A stretch of DNA of 18,463 bases from the NCBI GenBank assembly GCA_046583315.1, contig JAYGCN010000115.1, forward strand, positions 1 to 18,463, read 5' to 3'. The position numbers and the translations under genes are program-made. Origin of the DNA: Candidatus Hydrogenedentota bacterium (GTDB taxonomy: Bacteria; Hydrogenedentota; Hydrogenedentia; Hydrogenedentales; GCA-2746185). The first letter of the stretch is position 1. Every line of letters starts with the position of its first letter. This document shows, piece by piece, positions 1 to 10,269 of this stretch. The notes under the pieces are model-generated. The model saw nothing but the letters and a program-made list of their open reading frames with translations, was not told where the DNA came from and did no database searches.

Positions 1-1
1 G

Positions 2-1150
2 CAGGCACTCGCGTGGATGGGTGCCGAAATTACAAAAATAGAGCCGACGAAAGTGGGAGAGCCGGGTCGTGGATTGTCAATGGGCTTGTGGCAGGACACG
101 GAATATTTTATCAACTGGAACTCGAATAAGAATTCGGTGGCCATTGATCTCAGAAAACCGGAGGGGCGTGAATTACTGCTCAAAATGCTCCCGCACTATG
201 ACATGTTCGTCGAAAATTATGGTCCTGGTGTGATCGAAAAGCTGAACATCGGCTATGACGTGATGAAAGAGATTCATCCCGGCATTATCTACGGTCGCAT
301 CAAGGGATTCGGAACGAGCGGACCGTATTCGGATTACAAAAGTTACGACACGGTGGCACAGGCGGCGTCCGGCGCGATGTCCATCACCGGTGAAGCGGAC
401 GGACCTCCGATGCGCATCGGTCTGACTATCGGCGATTCGGGTACGGGCATGCAGCTGTGTGCCGCGCTGTTGGCGGCCTACATTCAGCGCGAACGAACCG
501 GGGTGGGCCAGCTAATCGAGTTGTCTATGCAAGAAGCGATGACCTATTACATGCGCACGTCGATAGCGTTGGGATCGAAGTGGGGGAAACGCGCGGCACC
601 TCGTCGGGGCAACGGTTCGAGTCCCATTATCAATATTTTCCCCTGTAAACCCTTTGGGTCGAACGATTACGTATACGTGATGGCCGTCGCACCACACATG
701 TGGGGCTGCATCTGTGATGCGATGGAACGTCCAGATTTGAAGGATGATCCCAAATTCTCGGAGCACTCCGCGCGTGTCGAGAACAAAGCCGAGTTGATGG
801 AAATCATCACGGAATGGACGAGCAAGTACGACAAGCATGAAGCCATGAAAATTTTGTGCGAAGCGGGCGTACCATGTAGTGCCACGCTGGACGCGAAAGA
901 TCTCTTCGTGGATCCACACTTGCTGGAGCGCGGATTCATTCATCATGTAGAGCACGAAGAGCAGGGTGAGGTGCCGCTGCTGGGATGGCCGCCTATCATG
1001 TCGGATAGTAGCGTACCGATAGAGCCAGCCCCGGTGCTGGCGAAACACACGACGGAAGTGTTGAAGAAGGATCTGGATCTGAGCGACGACGAGTTGGAAG
1101 CGTTGCTCAATGCGGAAGTTATTGATACCTACAAACCCAAAGAAAAGTAA
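2..1150 (+). CDS. Class III CoA-transferase (CaiB/BaiF, formyl-CoA transferase-like); 5' end lies outside the window
   Basis: Frame is open from base 2 (QALAWMGAEITKIEP). Motifs NSNKNSVAIDL, DMFVENYGPG, IKGFG, YDTVAQAASGAMS, IGDSGTG (catalytic Asp position) and APVLAKHT are typical of CoA_transf_3. Confidence 0.93.
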   Translation, partial: QALAWMGAEITKIEPTKVGEPGRGLSMGLWQDTEYFINWNSNKNSVAIDLRKPEGRELLLKMLPHYDMFVENYGPGVIEKLNIGYDVMKEIHPGIIYGRIKGFGTSGPYSDYKSYDTVAQAASGAMSITGEADGPPMRIGLTIGDSGTGMQLCAALLAAYIQRERTGVGQLIELSMQEAMTYYMRTSIALGSKWGKRAAPRRGNGSSPIINIFPCKPFGSNDYVYVMAVAPHMWGCICDAMERPDLKDDPKFSEHSARVENKAELMEIITEWTSKYDKHEAMKILCEAGVPCSATLDAKDLFVDPHLLERGFIHHVEHEEQGEVPLLGWPPIMSDSSVPIEPAPVLAKHTTEVLKKDLDLSDDELEALLNAEVIDTYKPKEK

Positions 1151-1221
1151 ATTCAGAAACGAGCGGGGAGCCCCTTGCATTCCAAGGGTTGTGTAAATAT
1201 TAGAATAGAAAGAGATGTATT

Positions 1222-2163
1222 ATGAGCGAATCCCCAATTATTATTGCTGCGTTGTATAAGTTTGCTTCGTTGTCGGATCATGTTGAGCTGAAGCCTTCTT
1301 TACTGGAGTGTTGCATGTCTAACGACGTGAAGGGCATGATTCTGCTTGCGGAGGAGGGCATCAACGGAACGATTGCAGGGCCTCGCGCGGGCATCGATGC
1401 CGTGTTGGCGCATCTGCGCTCGGACGAACGCCTGGCGGAATTGGAACACAAGGAATCGGATTCCGACGAGCAGCCGTTCTATCGCATGAAAGTGCGCATC
1501 AAGAAAGAAATCGTCACCCTGGGTGTTCCGGGAACCAATCCGAATAAAACCGTTGGCACCTATTTGTCTGGTGAGGAGTGGAATGATCTCATTCGTGATC
1601 CCGAGGTCTTGCTGATCGACACCCGGAACGACTATGAGGTTGAATTGGGGACCTTTGAGGGCGCGATCGATCCTAAGACCAAAACCTTTCGCGAGTTTCC
1701 GGATTACGTAAAGGCACATTTCGATCCAAAGAAGCACAAAAAAGTCGCAATGTTCTGTACCGGCGGTATTCGCTGTGAAAAAGCATCGTCGTACATGCTC
1801 AATCAAGGCTTCGAAGAGGTCTTCCACCTGAAAGGCGGCATACTCAAATATCTTGAGGACGTACCCGAGGAAAACTCTACCTGGAAGGGTGAGTGTTTCG
1901 TTTTTGATGAACGGGTGAGCGTGGATCATGATTTGAATCCGGGAGACTACGAACTGTGTCGCGGTTGCCGCAACCCTATCAACGACGAGGATAAAGCGTC
2001 CTCCCATTATGAAGAGGGCATCTGTTGCCCCGGCTGTTACGAATCGCTCACCGAAGAACAACGCGCCCGCCGCACGGAACGCACGAAGCAGGTCAAATTG
2101 GCCGCCGCCCGCGACGAACTGCATGTTGGTCGCGTGGCTCACGAACAGAGTCAACGCAGGTAA
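1222..2163 (+). CDS. trhO: Oxygen-dependent tRNA uridine(34) hydroxylase TrhO (YceA/UPF0176 rhodanese-domain protein)
   Basis: [74 protein letters not shown] and C-terminal CRGC...CCPGC are the family's characteristic motifs. Confidence 0.92.
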   Translation: MSESPIIIAALYKFASLSDHVELKPSLLECCMSNDVKGMILLAEEGINGTIAGPRAGIDAVLAHLRSDERLAELEHKESDSDEQPFYRMKVRIKKEIVTLGVPGTNPNKTVGTYLSGEEWNDLIRDPEVLLIDTRNDYEVELGTFEGAIDPKTKTFREFPDYVKAHFDPKKHKKVAMFCTGGIRCEKASSYMLNQGFEEVFHLKGGILKYLEDVPEENSTWKGECFVFDERVSVDHDLNPGDYELCRGCRNPINDEDKASSHYEEGICCPGCYESLTEEQRARRTERTKQVKLAAARDELHVGRVAHEQSQRR

Positions 2164-2211
2164 GGCGCGTCTTTTCTTGTAATTCATCTGAATCGACGGG
2201 ATAATACGTGT

Positions 2212-3156
2212 ATGCACAAAATCGGCATAGAAATAGGCGGTACGAAACTGCAGGCGGCCTTGGGTACGGAATCCGGGGAGATTCTGGAACGCGTGGACGC
2301 TCCTGTACCTGAACCCGGTGATGCCGATGCGATCATGGACTGGATAGCGGAGACCGTCCCTCAGTTACAAGGTGTCGCCGTTGCGCAGGGCATCGAAATT
2401 TCCGGCATCGGCGTTGGATTCGGTGGACCTGTGGAAAGCGCAACCGGGCGCGTGCTGACATCGCATCAGGTGGATGGATGGGACGGCGTTGCGCTCAAGC
2501 CTTGGCTGGAAGAGCGCTTTTTATTGCCAACGGTAGTTGCCAACGATGCGAACGCGGCGGGCTGGGCCGAATATTGTTGTGGGGCAGGAAAAGGTTCAAA
2601 TACTTTTTGTTATATGAACATCGGTAGCGGCATCGGCGGGGCGCTGGTCATCGATGGAAAGTTGTACGATGGACAAGGGCGCGGCGCTTTCGAAATGGGC
2701 CATGTGTATGTTCCCGATCCCTATGGGGAATCGTCTGGCGACTACCGTAAATTCGAAGAATTATTTTCCGGGTGGTCGATTGAAAAGCATGCTCGCGAGA
2801 CAATTCGTCTGGCGGCCGATACGCCGCTTTGGGATTTGACGCATGGTAAGGAAGAAGAAATCACCTGCGCGCGAATAGCCGAGGCCGCTACGAAAGACGA
2901 TGAAGTAGCTCGCCAACTGGTGGATGAAATCGCGCGTTATGTTGGTCTTGCTATTACCAACAGTATCACGCTGTTGCATCCTGAAATTTTCGTGATCGGC
3001 GGCGGCGTGAGCTTGATGGGTGAAGTCTTGTTTGCGCCATTGCGCGAGCAGGTCGTGAAATTGTCGTACCAGGCCTATGGCGGCGGAACGGTGCTGATGC
3101 CCGCCGCGCTTGGGGAAGATGTAGTCGTGGTCGGCGCATTACTGCTTGCGCCTTAA
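2212..3156 (+). CDS. ROK family sugar kinase (glucokinase-like, no HTH)
   Basis: GIEIGGTK, GIGVGFGGPV, NDANAAGWAE, IGSGIGGALVIDG, EMGH, LHPEIFVIGGGV. Confidence 0.9.
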   Translation: MHKIGIEIGGTKLQAALGTESGEILERVDAPVPEPGDADAIMDWIAETVPQLQGVAVAQGIEISGIGVGFGGPVESATGRVLTSHQVDGWDGVALKPWLEERFLLPTVVANDANAAGWAEYCCGAGKGSNTFCYMNIGSGIGGALVIDGKLYDGQGRGAFEMGHVYVPDPYGESSGDYRKFEELFSGWSIEKHARETIRLAADTPLWDLTHGKEEEITCARIAEAATKDDEVARQLVDEIARYVGLAITNSITLLHPEIFVIGGGVSLMGEVLFAPLREQVVKLSYQAYGGGTVLMPAALGEDVVVVGALLLAP

Positions 3157-3168
3157 GAAGGAAGATGC

Positions 3169-3789
3169 ATGGAACTTCAGATTCGAGACGCAACGCCTGA
3201 GGATGCAGAGGCGGCCGCGCCATTAGTGTTTAGTTCGGGGCCTGATGCCTTCAATTTCGTATTTTCGCATCGAACGAAGATGAACGCACTGGAGTTTCTT
3301 GAGAAGGCCTTTGTTCGAGAAGGCGGTGAATTCGGTTATCGCAATCACATTGTGGGTACGCTTGACGGAAAGGTTGTCGCGTCCGGAGCTGGCTTCACCG
3401 GCACGGAGATGCCTGCTTTTATGCTCAGTGACACGCGGACCATATTCGGTTTCTATGGGTTCAGCCAGGGATTGCGGGTAATTGGACGGGTATTGCAGAT
3501 CGAACACATCGTGCCTCCCCCGAAATCAAATATTCAGTACATTGGCCATATCGGTGTGGATCCCGAGTTCCGAAGTCGAGGCCTCGGCGCGCAACTCGTG
3601 AATCATCTCATTGACGTCGGGCGTGAACAAGGGCGCACAGCTGCGGTATTGGATGTGTCGTGCGAGAATCCGCGTGCCGAAGCCTTGTACGCGCGACTCG
3701 GATTTACGGTGACATGGGAGAAAGAGTCGCATTACCGCAACGAGACCTCGCATGTGCCGAGTCATCGCCGCATGGAAATTCGTTATTGA
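3169..3789 (+). CDS. GNAT family N-acetyltransferase
   Basis: IRDATPED start; acetyl-CoA binding motif IGVDPEFRSRGLGAQL; NPRAEALYARLGF; AAGG/GGAAG upstream of the ATG. Confidence 0.9.
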   Translation: MELQIRDATPEDAEAAAPLVFSSGPDAFNFVFSHRTKMNALEFLEKAFVREGGEFGYRNHIVGTLDGKVVASGAGFTGTEMPAFMLSDTRTIFGFYGFSQGLRVIGRVLQIEHIVPPPKSNIQYIGHIGVDPEFRSRGLGAQLVNHLIDVGREQGRTAAVLDVSCENPRAEALYARLGFTVTWEKESHYRNETSHVPSHRRMEIRY

Positions 3790-3817
3790 ATCAGCCGTGA
3801 ATTGTGAAAGGGTTTCT

Positions 3818-4612
3818 ATGAAAGGTTTTCTCCCAGCGCTGTTGGTCGGTTTTTCACTGGTAGCCTGTGCTCGTGCTCAATCTGAGGAGGCGCGCTGGGT
3901 GGATACGCGCAGTGATGTGCCTTCGGATGCCGTGGTGATTTTTGGCGGGGAAGATACCGACATGCTCGTAGCCCAAGATGGCGGTCGTTTTAATTGGGAA
4001 ATGAAAGACGGGGCGATCGTGGTGAAGCCGGGACAGCAGGAGCGTCAGCAGGGATTGTGGACGAAGCTGCATTTTCGGGACGCGCAGATTCACATCGAAT
4101 TCTCGCTTCCGAAGAGTGACGATCCGGGCACCAAGGCGACCAACAGCGGGCTGTATTTTCATGGACTCTTTGAGTTGCAGATTATCGATGGTTTTGAGAA
4201 TCCGATGGACGCGAAAGAGGTGGTCGGGTCGGTCTACAACATTCGTCCGCCACTGGTAAATGCGGCACGCCCGACGGATACCTGGCAGGTGTATGACATC
4301 GTGTTTCGTGCGCCACGTCGCGATAAGGACGGAGTGCCTACGGAGGCTGGCAGTATCACGGCGTTCCTGAACGGCGTATTGGTGCAAGATCATACACCCA
4401 TTATTGAGCATCAGTCGGAATATGCGCCGATGTATTTCCGCACGACCACGTATACAGAGGGTATTTTGAAGAATCTGCTGAAGACCGGCGTAGGACCGTT
4501 GCAGTTACAAGATCATGATCACCCAGTACGCTTTCGAAATTTCTGGATTCGTCCGCTGGATGATAAAGCGTTTATGTGGAACGGTAAAAAGGCGAAACGG
4601 ATTACAAACTAG
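3818..4612 (+). CDS. Exported DUF1080 (3-keto-disaccharide hydrolase/lyase-like) protein
   Basis: Signal peptide MKGFLPALLVGFSLVACARA; motifs FRDAQIHIEF, NSGLY, ELQIID, GSVY, WQVYDIVFRAPR, LNGVLVQD, GPLQLQDHDHPVRFRNFWIRPL. ATG 3818 preferred over 3752, which overlaps the GNAT gene. Confidence 0.87.
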   Translation: MKGFLPALLVGFSLVACARAQSEEARWVDTRSDVPSDAVVIFGGEDTDMLVAQDGGRFNWEMKDGAIVVKPGQQERQQGLWTKLHFRDAQIHIEFSLPKSDDPGTKATNSGLYFHGLFELQIIDGFENPMDAKEVVGSVYNIRPPLVNAARPTDTWQVYDIVFRAPRRDKDGVPTEAGSITAFLNGVLVQDHTPIIEHQSEYAPMYFRTTTYTEGILKNLLKTGVGPLQLQDHDHPVRFRNFWIRPLDDKAFMWNGKKAKRITN

Positions 4613-4718
4613 ATCTACCGGCCGGTTCTCTGCCCGGTCACGCCCACGCGAATTGTCCGATTAGTACTGCACGACGTTCGTTACGCGCCACACGCCGTCG
4701 GCCACTTTCTCGAGTTCG

Positions 4719-6635
<1,917 letters not shown>

Positions 6636-6734
6636 GGCTGGACCTCGTTGGGTTGGAGGAAGTATCGTTGGATTTCTTGTAGCATGCAATACTGGTGCTG
6701 TGGAATCAATTACTTTCCGCTCAATCGATGGTTT

Positions 6735-6743
6735 TGTTACAAT
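6735..6743 (+). promoter_or_regulatory. Candidate extended -10 promoter element for the PfkB gene
   Basis: TGtTACAAT about 30-40 bp upstream of the start codon; no good -35 element. Confidence 0.35.
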
Positions 6744-6781
6744 GCATTTCGGTCTTGTATCAACTGGAGAACATGGATATT

Positions 6782-7807
6782 ATGACAGAACGACACGGAA
6801 TCGCGGGAATCGGCACGTTTATTATTGACCATGTGCGGATGATCGATTCGTGGCCGGAGGAACAGACGCTTGCGACGATTTCGAATGAGGAATTTTCGGG
6901 TGGCGGCATGGCGCACAATCTAGTGGTGGACATCGCGCATTTTGATCTGGGCATTCCGATTGAAGCGGTGGGATTTGTGGGCGATGACGATGATGGGCGC
7001 AGTATCCTCAATTTGTGCCAACGACTCGGCATTGACACGACGAACCTTCACACTTCGCACGATGCACCTACATCGTATACCGAGGTCATGACCGTTGAGT
7101 CGTCAGGCAAACGCACGTTTTTTCATTCGCGTGGTGCGAACAAGTTGGTCACGTATGACACGGTGCCTTTTGACACGATTAAGTCGAAGATTGGCGCGCT
7201 GGGTTATTTGTTGCTGATGGACGGCATTGACGCGCCCGACGAGGAGTTCGGAACCGTGGCAGCGAAGATTTTGAATCGGCTTCAACTGGAAGGCATCAGG
7301 ACCGCGATCGACACGGTGAGCGAGGACTCGGATCGATTGAGCAAAATCGTGCCTCCCGCACTGAAATACACGGACTATGTGATTCTGAATGAGTTTGAAG
7401 CGGGCAAGATTACCGGGCATACGATTCTGGATGGGGAGGCATTGGATTCGGAGGCGTTGCGTGCTTCGGCAAAACAGTTACAGGGTTATGGGAACTCTGA
7501 ATTGGTCGTGATTCATATGCATATCGGGGCCTACGCTTTGAAGCAGGATGGCGAGGAGATTTTCCAGCCGTCATTGCTACTGCCGGAGGACTATATCGTG
7601 GGCGGTGCCGGAGCGGGGGACGCTTTCTACAATGGCGTGCTGTGTGGTCTGCATGAAGGCTGGCCGCTGGAAGAGGGTATGCGATTCGGAACCTGTGCGG
7701 CGGCGGCGTGTATGAGTCATCCGACCTGCACGGAGGGGGTACCGGGCAAAGAGGAATGCCTGAAAATCGAAGGCCGATTCTCCTATCGAGAATCGGCCCT
7801 GAAATAG
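6782..7807 (+). CDS. PfkB/ribokinase family carbohydrate kinase (alternative start 6773)
   Basis: GGGMAHN, GFVGDDDDG, GKRTFFHSRGAN, ILNEFEA and GAGAGDAF anion-hole motif; GGAG at 6766-6769. Confidence 0.9.
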   Translation: MTERHGIAGIGTFIIDHVRMIDSWPEEQTLATISNEEFSGGGMAHNLVVDIAHFDLGIPIEAVGFVGDDDDGRSILNLCQRLGIDTTNLHTSHDAPTSYTEVMTVESSGKRTFFHSRGANKLVTYDTVPFDTIKSKIGALGYLLLMDGIDAPDEEFGTVAAKILNRLQLEGIRTAIDTVSEDSDRLSKIVPPALKYTDYVILNEFEAGKITGHTILDGEALDSEALRASAKQLQGYGNSELVVIHMHIGAYALKQDGEEIFQPSLLLPEDYIVGGAGAGDAFYNGVLCGLHEGWPLEEGMRFGTCAAAACMSHPTCTEGVPGKEECLKIEGRFSYRESALK

Positions 7808-7815
7808 TATGGATT

Positions 7816-7861
7816 GAGATCGCCGCGTCGCCACGCCAGGGCGTGACTCCTCGCAATGACA
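7816..7861. repeat. REP-like palindromic element, half unit (GTCATTGCGAG-tagged type)
   Basis: Between convergent genes: GAGATCGCCGCGTCG-cCACGCC-ag-GGCGTG-aCTCCTCGCAATGAC. The internal hairpin is seen directly; the family assignment rests on recalled resemblance to GTCATTGCGAGGAG...CGACG..GCAATC repeats. Only one copy seen in the window. Confidence 0.65.
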
Positions 7862-7865
7862 CATT

Positions 7866-8135
7866 TTAGAAAATCGTATAGATTACGATCATAAGGTAAA
7901 GAGAGAAGATTGCGAAGGGTTTAAGACTGATTTCTTTCTTGAGAAATTCGGGTTTGAATACCGTCTCACTTTTCGATAGTGTGCCGATCCAAACGATAAG
8001 GATAACGAAGTACGTTATGAAGACAACTTTTGCGAAGGGCATAGGGATCATGAGTACTAAATTCCTCATGGCCTCGCCGGGGACTTGCAGGATAGATGAA
8101 AAGAAGTCCGCGATTGATGTAAGTGTATTATCCAT
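7866..8135 (-). CDS. Small membrane protein (about 2 TM), coupled to the symporter
   Basis: 89 aa with two hydrophobic segments; start overlaps the symporter's end by 8 bp; GGAG upstream within the symporter 3' end. Confidence 0.75.
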   Translation of the reverse strand: MDNTLTSIADFFSSILQVPGEAMRNLVLMIPMPFAKVVFITYFVILIVWIGTLSKSETVFKPEFLKKEISLKPFAIFSLYLMIVIYTIF

Positions 8136-9969
8136 TGGACGTCTCCGTGTCGGCGGCTTTCATGCCACGCTTGTATACAAGACCTTCTAGTTCTTCGGCC
8201 GACTTTTGTTTGGTGAACAAGCTGACAACAATGGTGGTCACGACAGCCCAGACAAAAGACCACCAGGCAATATACAGGAAGGGGTCGGCGGTGTGAAACA
8301 GTTTGTTGTCTTCGGAGGCGTATATTTGGATGAGGTTCAGCGAAACTGAAAATCCGACACCGCTGAGCAGCCCAACGAGTGCTCCGGATGAAGTGGCACG
8401 CTTCCAGAGTACCCCGAGCACAATAATCGCGAGTACGGGTCCTTGGAACAGACCGAATATGGTTTGGATTAATGTATAGATACTGTCAAATCCGTCGGCG
8501 AAGTTAGCACAAATCATCGCGGTACAAAGAAATATCACCGTGATCACTCGCCCTACGACCAGATAATGATGCGGGTCGGCATCGGGTTTGAAGAAGGGCT
8601 GGTAAATATCTTTCGTCCAGATAGTGGATGCAGAGTTCAACGCGGAATCAACACTCGACATGAGACCCGCAAGGAACGCGGCAAAAAACAGTCCGACAAA
8701 ACCAGCGGGCATGATGTCACGCACCAACATGGAAGAGGCGGTATCCGGATTCACGATGTTCGGGTTATGCGCCAGCGCGATGATGCCGGGAACGACCATG
8801 AGAAGAGGGATAAATACCTTTAGCAGGGAGCCGAAAACGTAGGATGCTTTCGCGTCGGCTTCCGAGCGAGCGCCGAGTGTGCGTTGCACGATGGTCTGAT
8901 TGCCCATCCAGTAGGCGTTGGCAAGAACCATCCCTAATCCCAGGAATATACCGGACCACGGGAACTGTGTTCCTTCGCCTTCATATTCCTGATCGATGGG
9001 TATCACGAGATCAAAGTGATAGAGGGTTCTCTCGCCGAGATCCGCAATGGTCTCTCTGAATTCGGATACGCCCCCCACGTAATAGATTCCGTAGAGGAGG
9101 ATGAACAACGAGCCGCCCATCATTACCGCACACTGAATCACGTCTGTGTATACAACGGCTTTCAAGCCTCCGAACAGCGTGTACGCGCCGATGATAATCC
9201 CCATCAGGAATACGGAGCGCATAATGCCCCAACGGGGCGTACGCGCGACTTCCATGGTAGCGCCTCCCCATGCTTCGTTGACATCGGAGAGGGTAAAACC
9301 TGTCACGGGGGAATCTTCGGGGGACAGGATTAATGTCGGGTCTGCGAAATCCGAATCGACCAGAATCAGATTCGGGTTTCCAAGATGTTTGATACGCTCA
9401 TTCGCTTCCTCGATAGAGGAGAGGAAGGTGAACTCGTGGGTTTTCGCGGCACCGGTCGCCTCGACGACTTGGTCGTAAATCGCACTGTCTTCTGCGACTA
9501 CGATTACTTGCGGCGTGATTCCCATGATCAGGTTGAATGCCAGCGCGGTGACGTAGAGCGTAATGCCCAGACTGATGCTCAAGACGACACCCCAGATGAG
9601 TGCCACGACGGTACGAACGGAAAAGCTGTATCGCAATCCCAGCCATTCGGGAATCGTGGTCACGCGTGCGCGCCAGAACATGGGGATGAAGAGGAATGCA
9701 CCGATGATCATTACGGGTACGCTGCCGAGCCAATCGAAGTTGCCAAGGACTATTCCGTAAAGATAGGCAGAACCCGCGATGGCGACCATGTCGACGGCGC
9801 CGATGTCTGTTACCACGAGGGACATGCCGATGGCCCACCAGGGGAGCGAGCGGCCTGCCAGGAAGTAGTCTTCGTCGGACTTCATTTTTCGGCCGATGTA
9901 AAATCCGAGTGACAACACTCCGACGAGGTATAGGACGATGATGGTGTAGTCAATTGGTTGCAGTACCAT
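8128..9969 (-). CDS. Sodium:solute symporter (SSS/SLC5 family) with an inserted soluble domain
   Basis: EDYFLAGRSLPWWAIGMS, TTIPEWLGLRY, YTLFGGLKAVVYTDVIQ, NQTIVQRTLGARS, LAGLMSSVDSALNSAST, DIY; AGGAG RBS upstream. Confidence 0.93.
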   Translation of the reverse strand: MVLQPIDYTIIVLYLVGVLSLGFYIGRKMKSDEDYFLAGRSLPWWAIGMSLVVTDIGAVDMVAIAGSAYLYGIVLGNFDWLGSVPVMIIGAFLFIPMFWRARVTTIPEWLGLRYSFSVRTVVALIWGVVLSISLGITLYVTALAFNLIMGITPQVIVVAEDSAIYDQVVEATGAAKTHEFTFLSSIEEANERIKHLGNPNLILVDSDFADPTLILSPEDSPVTGFTLSDVNEAWGGATMEVARTPRWGIMRSVFLMGIIIGAYTLFGGLKAVVYTDVIQCAVMMGGSLFILLYGIYYVGGVSEFRETIADLGERTLYHFDLVIPIDQEYEGEGTQFPWSGIFLGLGMVLANAYWMGNQTIVQRTLGARSEADAKASYVFGSLLKVFIPLLMVVPGIIALAHNPNIVNPDTASSMLVRDIMPAGFVGLFFAAFLAGLMSSVDSALNSASTIWTKDIYQPFFKPDADPHHYLVVGRVITVIFLCTAMICANFADGFDSIYTLIQTIFGLFQGPVLAIIVLGVLWKRATSSGALVGLLSGVGFSVSLNLIQIYASEDNKLFHTADPFLYIAWWSFVWAVVTTIVVSLFTKQKSAEELEGLVYKRGMKAADTETSNG

Positions 9970-10194
9970 AGTGGCTCCTGTTGTGTGTGATTTGTTTCGA
10001 AGTGCATCGCCGGATGCAATTGCTAGTGTATCCGATGACAGGCGATTATTTCATCCCGTATAAAAATTTAGAAAAGTGCCGGAATCTGTAATGATATCGT
10101 TGCAAACTGTTCAGGTTCTGGACAATATCGCTAATACTGTTCATCATAATGCGGGTTACATGACAAGTTTCTGTACGACAGTGTACAGTTCTTC

Positions 10195-10223
10195 TTGCAT
10201 CATCATAAGACTGTTGCTAGAGT
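10195..10223 (+). promoter_or_regulatory. Candidate sigma70 promoter for the FHA/enhancer-binding protein gene
   Basis: TTGCAT (10195-10200), 17 bp spacer ending in TGc, TAGAGT (10218-10223), 46 bp before ATG 10270. Confidence 0.45.
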
Positions 10224-10269
10224 AACCGTCGAGCCGGAGAGTAGTCTGGCATTTGGGGAGCGGAGTGCT

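Noticed and set aside
1172..1188. CCCTTG-N5-CAAGGG hairpin after the CoA-transferase as a terminator
   Set aside because: Only a 6-bp stem and no proper U-tract.
512..2217. Long antisense ORFs 512..1180 and 1300..2217
   Set aside because: They lie opposite well-supported genes, have no recognisable motifs, and are expected shadows of codon bias.
10171..10188. Possible LexA box (CTGT...ACAG)
   Set aside because: Spacer is 10 bp rather than the 8 bp of the E. coli-type box; kept only as a generic dyad.
10247..10261. TGGCATTTGGGGAGC, GG-N10-GC spacing of a sigma54 promoter
   Set aside because: Lacks TTGC, overlaps the RBS, and would start transcription at or beyond ATG 10270.
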